Positions 56,103-64,000 of a stretch of DNA of 64,000 nt are shown here, piece after piece. Source of the stretch: Prasinococcaceae sp. CCMP 1430 (lineage: Eukaryota > Plantae > Prasinodermophyta); the NCBI GenBank assembly GCA_013416795.1, contig RQSC01000032.1, positions 719,397 to 783,396 on the forward strand, read 5' to 3'. Below the pieces are notes generated by a model. That model ran no database searches. It was not told the origin of the DNA and saw nothing but the letters and a program-made list of their open reading frames with translations. The translations under genes and the position numbers were made by a program. Positions within the stretch are counted from its first letter, which is position 1. Every line of letters begins with the position of its first letter.

Positions 56103-57107
56103 TTAGCTCGAATTCCGGTTGAAGAAGATGTCGGAGTTCTCGTAGCTGATCGGGGTGTCAGGACACGCCGTACGCGCGCAAAAATTTGCGCGCAGCACCT
56201 CGTTTGGAGGCGCGCTCGAGAGCGCGCGCTTACCTGGTAGGGAGCGTCCGTTGAGTGCCGCGAGACTTTCCCGAAATGCCGTGCAGCCTTCCCTCCACTC
56301 GAAGTCATCCGCACCTCCTACATTGAAGAGCACGCGGACATCGTATTTTTCACTGGCGTCGATGAGTGCCAGTACTGCCTGGTCGTCCAGCTGGTTGGAG
56401 GTTAGTGAGAGCGTCTTGAGCGTGCCGCGTAGTGTCTCGAGTAGCCGCACGCATGCAAGCGCGCCCTCGTGTATCACGTCGTTGCCGTCGAGCTGCAGCA
56501 AGCGCAACGGCGGAAGGGGCTCGCCGTTGCCCGCGCGTTCCGCGCAACCTGTGAGCAAGCGGCTCGCAAAAGCCGCCACCGCGTCATCACCCAACGAATT
56601 GAAGCTGACGTCCAAAGTGAGGAGCGTACTCGAGTCGGCGGCGGCACTCGCGAGTGCGACCGCGCCACCGATGTCTATAGAGTTGAATCCTAAGTACACG
56701 TGCGCGAGCCGCGGCGCCACGCGCATGCCGCGTGCAATTGCAATGCCGCCGCTGGGGCCCAGGTCGTTATCGCTGCCGTCCAGTACCACAAGGCTCGGGC
56801 ATGTTGCCAGCGCCTTGGCGAGCGCCCGCCCGCCGTCGTCGCCAAGAAAGTTTGCCGACACGTCGAGTGTGTGCACAACCAAACTCTTCGAGACCGCATA
56901 GCTGAGTGCGGAGGCGGCTTGCGGACCCAAGCCGCGACCGGGCACGCTAACAACAGTGAGCGCATTGGCGGCAATGTCCTCAAGCAGTGCGTGCCCTAGG
57001 CCGAGCAGCTCGCTGCTGGCGTGTGGCGTGCTGGCCGGCGCATCCGACGACGGCAGCTCAGCCGACACCGGCACCGGGAACGCATATGCACTCCCCAGTT
57101 GTGACAT
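56103..57107 (-). CDS. RNI-like leucine-rich-repeat protein
   Basis: Repeats TLDVSANFLGDDGG, LDGSDNDLGPSGG, VYLGFNSIDIGG, TLDVSFNSLGDD, LQLDGNDV, TLSLTSNQL. Confidence 0.9.
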   Translation of the reverse strand: MSQLGSAYAFPVPVSAELPSSDAPASTPHASSELLGLGHALLEDIAANALTVVSVPGRGLGPQAASALSYAVSKSLVVHTLDVSANFLGDDGGRALAKALATCPSLVVLDGSDNDLGPSGGIAIARGMRVAPRLAHVYLGFNSIDIGGAVALASAAADSSTLLTLDVSFNSLGDDAVAAFASRLLTGCAERAGNGEPLPPLRLLQLDGNDVIHEGALACVRLLETLRGTLKTLSLTSNQLDDQAVLALIDASEKYDVRVLFNVGGADDFEWREGCTAFRESLAALNGRSLPGKRALSSAPPNEVLRANFCARTACPDTPISYENSDIFFNRNSS

Positions 57108-57941
57108 CCAACGAGCGCGCGCGGCAGAGAAGTGGGTCGGTGATGGGGGAGAGAGACGAGGGAGGCGCCGTGCGAGGCTGCGGGCGGCCGCGCCTTGCCG
57201 CGCCACTCCAGGCAGCGCCGCTGTGGCCCGCGAGCACGCGAGGCGCCGCCGTACGCGCGCCAGCGGGGATGGGGAACGGCGCGCACCGCGTCTCCGGTGC
57301 ATGCAAACACAACGTAACGGCCTTGCAATCGGCGACTCGCAACTGACCCAAGGCTCGTTCGAGGGCCTGTCTGAAACTTGGACGGGGGGCGCGCGCGTAC
57401 GGGCGGCGCAGCGGGGCATCGTCGGGGGACGGCGGGCGGCCTGCTCGAGCTCGGCACCCGCCGCGGTGCTTCGAACCCCAACTATGTAGGGTTTGTAATG
57501 AAATATAGGTTGAACTTACTTTTGCGCGTTCTTCGGATTTTACCCCAAGTATGCCGATGTGCCGAATCGGGCACGCGCTCCCCGTGTGCATTTGCTGTGG
57601 CAGCTGTGCCCCCGCCCGCCCGCCCGTGTGCACGCGCGGCGGGCGCGGGGTGCGCGCGGGCGCCGTGCGCGAACGCCCTCTCAGCAGAGATGTTGCGGGG
57701 AATAACGAGCGCGCAGTGCGAGCGCCGCAGCGCCCCAGTGGTCGGGGCCACCGACGCGCGCGCCCGGCGACTCGCGCGCCGAACGTGAAGCCTCCCGCGC
57801 CGGGCCCTGCCAGCCGCTCGCGTGCCGGTAGTCGGCCCCGCGCGGCCTGTGCGGCAAAGTGCGCCGGCAGGCGCGGACGCGGGCGGTGGGAAAAGCAGGC
57901 GCGGGCGGTGCGCTTGGGCACGCAGAAACGCACGGGGCCCC

Positions 57942-58684
57942 ATGTCGGGGACGCGCAAGCATCTCGACCTCCTCCTGAATGATTACGACGCCAGCGCGCG
58001 TGCGCGTCGCGGGGAGACGCCCGAGTCACCCACGAAGCAAACGCGCGTCGCGAGTGAGCGCGAGGCGAGCGTCACAGCTGAGCATGCTGCGGAGCTCGTG
58101 AGTCGCCAAACTGAGGAGTACTGGCTGCCCCCTTACGAGAAGGCTGCGCGCGAGCGCGAAAAGAAGAAGCTCGAGGCCATGAACCTCGGCGCACAGCCGC
58201 AGGCGCGAGAGGTGGCCATGTCAGTGAACAACCGGCGCACGCCGAGTGGCAACTTTTTCTCAACCGTCAACCCAAGCCTGCATCGCAAGGATGAGAGCGA
58301 GGGCCGCAAGTCTCTGGACACCATGCGCGAGGAGCTCTCCACTATTGAGCTCGACATCGACAGGCGCCGCGCAGAGACGTTGCAGCACGAGCAGGAAGTC
58401 ATGGCCAGTCTGGGAGAGAAGGTGAGCACGCCCTTGCCAGTCGGAGCGCGCGCGCGCGATCCCGTGCTGCGCGCAGACGCAAAGAGCAGCTGAATGGGCA
58501 CGGGCACGCACTCGCTGACGCATGCGTGCATGTGCGCTCGCCACCGCATGATCAGGTCAACAAGAAGAGCTGGGAGCTGCCTAGGTCTGTTGGCGGTGAC
58601 AGGACCGCAGGAAAAGAAATGGCGAAGCTTGTGGGCACCAAGCGCACGCCCGCCGGCGGGTTCTTCCTGTCGTCGCACGCGTAG
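57942..58684 (+). CDS. Hypothetical protein with a duplicated R-T-P-x-G-x-F-F motif (intron 58422-58555)
   Basis: RRTPSGNFFS in exon 1 and KRTPAGGFFLS at the spliced C-terminus; phase-0 GT..CAG intron; TGTAA at 58723. Confidence 0.7.
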
Positions 58685-59646
58685 GCAAGCGCGCGCATGC
58701 GCGCGTCCGGGCGAACGCTACCTGTAATGATGTTGGTTTAGGGGGCACGCGGCCCGCTCCGCGCGGCCGCAGCCGCGCGTTTGCATCTTCGCCGTGGTAT
58801 CGTCGCGTCCGCGCGGCGACGTTCGAGGGGGCGAGATTTCATCTTTTCGCGCCAGAAATGCGAGCGGGAGCGGCGCGCGCGTTTTTCGCGCCACACCCCG
58901 CGCGCGCGCCACGGCATTGCAGGTGCGTCACACGCCGCGCCCGCCGCGCGCGCCAAAGCCTCCCCACGCGCCCGAGTGGCCGCGCGAGCGACGCCCGAGC
59001 GCACGCGCGAGATGCGGAAACGGCGCGGGCGGCGGCCGTGGCCGCGGCGGGCCGCGTACACGGCCTCGTGGACGCTGAGACTCCCACCGTCGTGGTGTCT
59101 AACGCCGACTGGCCGGCCGCCGCGCGCTGCGGGCGGCACGCGTGCGCTTGCGCTGCGCTGTGCACCGGTGCGTGCGCGCGCGCGGGGAGGGCGCGCTTTT
59201 CGCGAGGCGCACGATCGATCAGCGTGCGGGCATCCATTTTCGCGCCCGCTTTCCCGCCCGCGAAGACTGTCCTTTTTAGGTCGGCAAGTGGATGCCGAGG
59301 CTCGTCCGCACTCGGCGGGCGAAGGGCACGCTGCGTGGTGCGGCAGGCGGGCGGGCGCCAGCACGTTCGGTCGACGCAGTCGCGTCGCTCGCCGAGGCTG
59401 CGGCTGTTGCGATGCTTCAAATTCGTGATCGCGATGCTGACCGCTTTGAAATTGCTCTTTCGCGCGCAAAATCGCCAACCCAATGGCGCTGCAATTCATG
59501 CGCCGCCCGTGTCCTCCGCACATGCTGCGCCGCGCGCGTCTGCCTCGCGCACTCGCATAGACGTCGACGCAGGTACCTCTTTCGCCACCCCCTTCAACCG
59601 GCTGACAGGCACCCTCGATCGGCATCGAACACACGGCGCAGCAAAA

Positions 59647-60378
59647 ATGACCACCGAGCAGCCCGTTGGTGCCACCGAGGCCCCCGAGCTTACACCCACC
59701 GACGCGCCGACGGTAGGCACAGAGGCGGGCGCTGCTGACCCCAAGCCCAAGCCCACGGTGGACACCGCTGTGGCTGGCGCACCCGACGGTGACCTGGTGT
59801 CACCAACGGGCGTGGTCGACGCCGCCTCCAAGGAGGCGCCCGTCGATGGACAGAAGGCTGGCTCGGTGGCACAGATGGCTGCGAACATCGAAGCGGCCAT
59901 GAAGGAGATGCCGACAGCTGTGGCTGGGAAGCCAGCTGTTGCCGATACCACCGCCGAGGAGCCCGCAAAGCCTACCGCCGCCGGGGAGCCCGCAGAGCCC
60001 GTCGCCGAGGCAGACAAGCCCGATGATGCGCCGAAGGACGACGTGGTCGAGGCGAAGGCCGCCGAGGCGGACAAGCCCGATGATGCGCCGAAGGACGACG
60101 TCGTCGAGGCGGAGGCCGCCGAGGCTGATGCGCCTGTTGAGAAGCCCTCGGAATCAAAGGAGCCTGCGATGGCTGCCGATGAAGCTGCGGTCGCCGCTGA
60201 GAAGCCCGGCCCGGCCGCCGAGGAGTCTGCCGTACCCGAGAAGATGGACACAGAGGCGCCCGTCGTGCCTGCCCCCTCAGAGCCCACAGCTGCCGGTGAG
60301 GACGAGCCGCTCAAGAAGACAACCGCCGTGGCAGCGGCGGATGACGAGCCAGCGACCAAGGTGCAGCGCGTAGGGTGA
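59647..60378 (+). CDS. Acidic Ala/Pro/Glu/Lys-rich disordered protein
   Basis: ATG in AAAATG context; strongly biased composition; C-terminal EPATKVQRVG is NLS-like. Confidence 0.65.
   Translation: MTTEQPVGATEAPELTPTDAPTVGTEAGAADPKPKPTVDTAVAGAPDGDLVSPTGVVDAASKEAPVDGQKAGSVAQMAANIEAAMKEMPTAVAGKPAVADTTAEEPAKPTAAGEPAEPVAEADKPDDAPKDDVVEAKAAEADKPDDAPKDDVVEAEAAEADAPVEKPSESKEPAMAADEAAVAAEKPGPAAEESAVPEKMDTEAPVVPAPSEPTAAGEDEPLKKTTAVAAADDEPATKVQRVG
60004..60128 (+). repeat. 57-bp coding tandem repeat x about 2.2 (AEADKPDDAPKDDVVEA[K/E]A)
   Basis: Units start at 60004 and 60061, near-identical. Confidence 0.9.
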
Positions 60379-60686
60379 GCCCGCGCCGCTCCCTACGTGC
60401 GGGTATCTCCTCTTGGCCGACGCAGGCGAGATAGAAGAGCGAGCTTGCTCGCGCAGCAACGAATTGGAACACACCAACCAATTGCTAGCCAACTGTCATA
60501 CAAGTACATTTGTGACGACCGCGGTCGTATTTCTGCATCCAAAAGATCTCCCATTACACCAGCCAGTGCCGTGCGCCGCACGCACGTGTATGCGCGTGTA
60601 TCTCCTCTCGACGGCGCGGCATTCAAACTTCCCGTGCCTGCTTCAAAAGTCGCACGTGCGCGCGAGGTGCCACTTCCCCCGTGCTG

Positions 60687-62348
60687 CTAGTGCACGGGCG
60701 ACGTCCTTGCCCTCTCCTGCGATCCTCGCTCGCCAGTCATGATCGCTCCACAAAATTCCGCCTCGGTCGAGGTGTGCAAGCCCGGGGTCAGGGGGGCCAG
60801 TTCGAACTTTTCCAGATCGCCACGGCAGAATGGGCAGGCGAGCGATGGAGGGGCACCAGATGTGTGGTGCACCGAGCGGCGCACCAGTCGGCTGGCGCAG
60901 ACGTCGCACAGTGTGTGGCCACACGGACTGATCTCGATGTTGCCAGTGCGATCCATGCAGATAGCACACAGAGCGTCATCTTCAGTAGGACCAATGCTCT
61001 GCGCAACTACGCCGGTCGCGTCCTGTTGCTCCTGGTCCTCCCCCCTCCCCCCCGGTTTGTCCTGCCCTGCGCTGTCGTCACCGGCACCCCGGCGCCGGTC
61101 GCCGTCTCGATCGCCAGCCTCGCCCCTTCCTTTGGTCGCCGCAGCAGTCGCAGGTGGCTGTTGAGCCTCCCGCGCACTGCTCAATACATCAGAGAGATTT
61201 TTCAACAGCTTTTTCGCGAGCCTGCTGCGGCATGCCACCGCGTTACTTTCGACCGTCGACGCGGAGCCGAGCGAGCTGAGGTAAAGTCGGCGCAGCGCCG
61301 CATTCTCGAGTATATCTATGCCGCCCTCAAGCTGGCCACCGCCACCTGCGCTCCTCGGCATGCCTGTATCCCCCTCCTCCCCCTCCTCTCCCCTCATCGA
61401 CTCGGGAGGGGAGTCAAGCTGGTGACGCGCCTCCTCCTGCAGAACCGCGTGCACGACGTGCATGCCCCGCCGCCTCGCCACCCACAGCGGCGTGCGCCCG
61501 TCGTCGTTGGGCTGTGTGAGGCTGGCGCCCGCGCTGGCGAGCAGACGCAGGCACTGCGCGGCGCGCACGTCCGAGGCGCCCATGACGGCGTAGTGCGCGG
61601 GCGTCGAGCCGCTGAGCATGAGGAAGTCGCCCGTGCTCGGATCGGGCGAGAAGAGGATGGCGAGGTCTCCGTACGTCGTGCACTGCGGCTCCGCCCCCGA
61701 TGCGAGCAGCACCCAGAGCGCCTCGATGTGCCCGCCGAGCGCGGCGAGGTGCAGCGGTGTCACCCCTCCCTCGGAGCGCGCGTCGATCCACGGCGAGAAG
61801 CCCCGCGTGTCTGCCACGAGGCGCGGGGGCACCAGGTCGTCGTTGCCGGACGCGCGCAGCACCTCGGGGTCGAGCAGGGTGGCGACCACCTCGGCACGTC
61901 CCGCCGCGGCGGCGTAGTGGAGCGCGCTGCGCGCGCAGCTGTCCAGGTAGCGCGCGCCCGCCCGCCCGGTAGCAAGCAGGAGGCGCACCGCGGCGGAGTC
62001 GCCCGCGCGCGCCGCCAGCATGAGCGGGGTCCGCGAGCGCGCGTCGCGTGCGTTTGGGCGGGCGCCTGCCGCGAGGAGGGCGGCCACCGCGGCAGCGCTG
62101 CCCTCGTCACCGCCCGCGCCGCCGTCCGCGGTGCCGCCCCTGCCCGCTGCGGCAACACGCGGCCCAGCCGCGCACGCAAAATGGAGCGGCGTGAAGCCCA
62201 TGCCGTAGAAGAGCGAGCGCCGGGCCAGCGCTGGCCGCGCGCGCAGCAGCGCGGCGACCTCTTCGCCATCGCGGGCGCGTATAGACTCCATCAGGGCCTC
62301 GCGCCCGCCCCCGCCCCCGACGCCCGTGCAGCTCAGCGCGGCGCCCAT
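60687..62348 (-). CDS. XB3/XBAT3-like ankyrin-repeat C3HC4 RING E3 ligase
   Basis: MGAALSC N-myristoylation-like start; ankyrins TPLHFAC, TPLMLAA, SALHYAA, TPLHLAA, TPAHYAV, TPLWVA; CAICMD..PCGH.LC..C..CPFCR. Confidence 0.92.
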   Translation of the reverse strand: MGAALSCTGVGGGGGREALMESIRARDGEEVAALLRARPALARRSLFYGMGFTPLHFACAAGPRVAAAGRGGTADGGAGGDEGSAAAVAALLAAGARPNARDARSRTPLMLAARAGDSAAVRLLLATGRAGARYLDSCARSALHYAAAAGRAEVVATLLDPEVLRASGNDDLVPPRLVADTRGFSPWIDARSEGGVTPLHLAALGGHIEALWVLLASGAEPQCTTYGDLAILFSPDPSTGDFLMLSGSTPAHYAVMGASDVRAAQCLRLLASAGASLTQPNDDGRTPLWVARRRGMHVVHAVLQEEARHQLDSPPESMRGEEGEEGDTGMPRSAGGGGQLEGGIDILENAALRRLYLSSLGSASTVESNAVACRSRLAKKLLKNLSDVLSSAREAQQPPATAAATKGRGEAGDRDGDRRRGAGDDSAGQDKPGGRGEDQEQQDATGVVAQSIGPTEDDALCAICMDRTGNIEISPCGHTLCDVCASRLVRRSVHHTSGAPPSLACPFCRGDLEKFELAPLTPGLHTSTEAEFCGAIMTGERGSQERARTSPVH

Positions 62349-62422
62349 GGCGCCCCACCCAAGCGCGCGGCGCCGCCGACTGCGCGGCAGCGCGCGCGAG
62401 CGACGTAAAAAAAAAAAGAAGN

Positions 62423-62790
62423 CAGCAGCCGGACGAAAATTTTGCGGTTGAGCGGCGCGTCCTCCACGACCAGGGCGCGCGCGCGCCGCGTGCCCCCCCC
62501 GCCCTCAGGGCGCGTGTCCATCGCCGCCGTGACGGCGGCGAGCTCGGCGCCGCCATCTTCGCCGTCGTCGCCGTCAGCAGCTCCGCCTGCGGGATGGATG
62601 GGGGCGGGGGCTACCATGTCCTCGCCGACAGCGGCGGTGGGCATGGTTGGCATCGCGCAGGCGGGCACGCGCAGGTGAATGCTGAACGTAGAGCCCTCGC
62701 CCACTTTCGACTCCAGCTCGAGCTTGCCGCCGTGCAAATCCACGATGATGCGGCAGAGGTAGAGCCCGAGGCCGCTCGAGTGTTTTGCAT
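62423..62790 (-). CDS. Fragment of a hybrid histidine kinase (HATPase G2 box + linker + start of receiver domain), cut by an N gap
   Basis: [36 protein letters not shown] then [19 protein letters not shown]; N at 62422. Confidence 0.85.
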
Positions 62791-63192
62791 TGCGGGCGAG
62801 CCGGCGCGCGGGCGGGCCGCGGCGCGGCGCGGCATGGGTGTTGCGGAAAGGGACATGGGACAGGGATTTAGATTTAAATTCCGGTTCGAGAAGCCTCCGG
62901 ACCGGGCTATAAGGTAAAACCTCCTTTTAGGCTCACATGACTCCCGGCTGATATGGCTGGAGCTCTTTTCGGTTGTTGGTTGGTGGGCGGGATTGCAATT
63001 GGTTCGTTGTTGGCACGTTCAAATTCAGTTGCAATGCAATGCAACGATGGTGGATGCCCGCCCGCGTTCGAAAAGGCCCGAGGAAATGAAGGAGGGCGCG
63101 CACGCGTGGTTGGCCGAGGGCGCGCCACGGCGGCGCGCGCGCGCGCGGGATGCCGCGGGGTTGGGGTTCGCGGTGCTGTCGGCGCGCGGCGN

Positions 63193-63522
63193 GCCGGGTG
63201 GCTCCGGCGCCGAGGACACCGAGGACAACACCGAGGGTGCCGCCGCAGCCGTACCTGCCGATGCCGGCTCAAAAGCCTGTGCCACCGACGTCGTGGGCGT
63301 CGGCAGCGTCGTCGACGGCGTGACGTACGCCGTCGAGCTGCTAGCCACGGTAGCGGGCGCCGGCACGGCCACCGGCCCCGGCCCCGCCGCCGTCGCCGAC
63401 GCCGGCGAGTGCCCGGGCGAGGGCGCCACTTCGGCGATGCCCAGCTTGGCACGCAGCGCCGCCAGGCGCGCCCGCGAGCTGCCGCATCCCGCCGCCCCCG
63501 CAGCGGAAGCAGCTTCCGACAT
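63193..63522 (-). CDS. N-terminal part of a hypothetical Ala/Ser/Thr/Pro-rich protein, truncated at the N gap (63192)
   Basis: MSEAASAAG..RARLAALRAKLGIAEV.. open frame running into the gap. Confidence 0.4.
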
Positions 63523-64000
63523 CGATCCTTCCTCCCCACACACACGCCGCGCGGCCGCGCGGCGTCTGGCGGGCGCACCACCCCCGCCTCCCCACCCCCT
63601 CCCCCCACCCCCGCCTCCCCGCGCCCGCGCCCCGCGCCCGCGCGTCCGCGCGGTTTGAATTCCTGTCTCCCGTGGGTAATTATAACATTCTTGTGAATGA
63701 GAGTACTCTGCAACGCAAACACGAGCAAAATAGTCTCCCGTCGGGTTCATTGACACTAATTAGGATTTGGTGTCGCATGTGTGCGCGCGTTTGCATCGCG
63801 TTTGTGCGGGTGGTGCGTGAGTGGCGTGGTGGGCGTGCGTCTGCAGGAGCGCACGGAGGATGAAGGAGGTGGGATGGGTGGGTGGCTGGGCTGGGGGAGC
63901 GCGTGTGGGCGCGCGCCACTCGGCGGGCGCGCTGCAGCGCGGCCCGCGGCGCCCGGGCGAGGCATTCAAGCCTGGAGGGGGCAGCGGGGGGGGGGGGACG

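Noticed and set aside
57487-57494. TAGGGTTT telo-box (looser variants near 43155-43190)
   Set aside because: Single short matches; a known promoter motif and not a telomeric array; too weak to annotate
59990-60130. Direct repeats considered as a CRISPR-like array
   Set aside because: Head-to-tail coding repeats with no spacers and no cas genes
49-63969. Hundreds of long overlapping or antisense ORFs in the six-frame track (e.g. 2810-3790, 14192-15601, 26067-27671, 51750-53678, 60681-62408)
   Set aside because: Shadow ORFs expected at this GC content; Arg/Ala/Pro-rich, no motifs, and mostly antisense to recognisable genes

Overview
Gene-dense, very GC-rich eukaryotic nuclear DNA with about 34 protein-coding loci in 64 kb. 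Short GT-AG introns (mostly 95-150 nt), TGTAA poly(A) signals and plastid-type genes (CGL160, Rubisco-LSMT-like SET protein) point to a compact green-algal, probably prasinophyte-grade, genome; this is inference. Most genes are housekeeping: eIF3g, a PPR protein, ELP4, two SLC35-type transporters, CPSF73, SRPK, a VAT1-like oxidoreductase, TMEM144, kanadaptin, IPK, FAH, ASS, RPT3, a mitochondrial carrier, LACTB2, PIG-Z, MOCS3/UBA4, a full-size ABCA, an LRR protein and an XB3-like ankyrin-RING ligase. Four things stand out. (1) An intron-containing tyrosine recombinase (23220-25089) has the full R-K-H-R-H-Y catalytic set and a transit-peptide-like N-terminus, and lies directly beside 5'-less remnants of SWEET, EB1 and possibly DedA genes. 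(2) A secreted His/Cys-rich protein ends in a dockerin-like Ca loop (2685-3973), and a membrane-anchored protein has a cohesin-like ectodomain (55223-56026); they may form a eukaryotic cohesin-dockerin surface system (hypothesis). (3) A 105-bp element with 11-bp perfect inverted ends sits in a bidirectional promoter. (4) Several gene structures are odd (stop-only last exon, possible ATG-only first exon, possible CUG start). Two single-N gaps (62422, 63192) suggest a draft assembly, so assembly artefact remains a live explanation for the truncated genes. I found no rRNA, tRNA or CRISPR array. All assignments come from motif recognition by eye; no searches were run.
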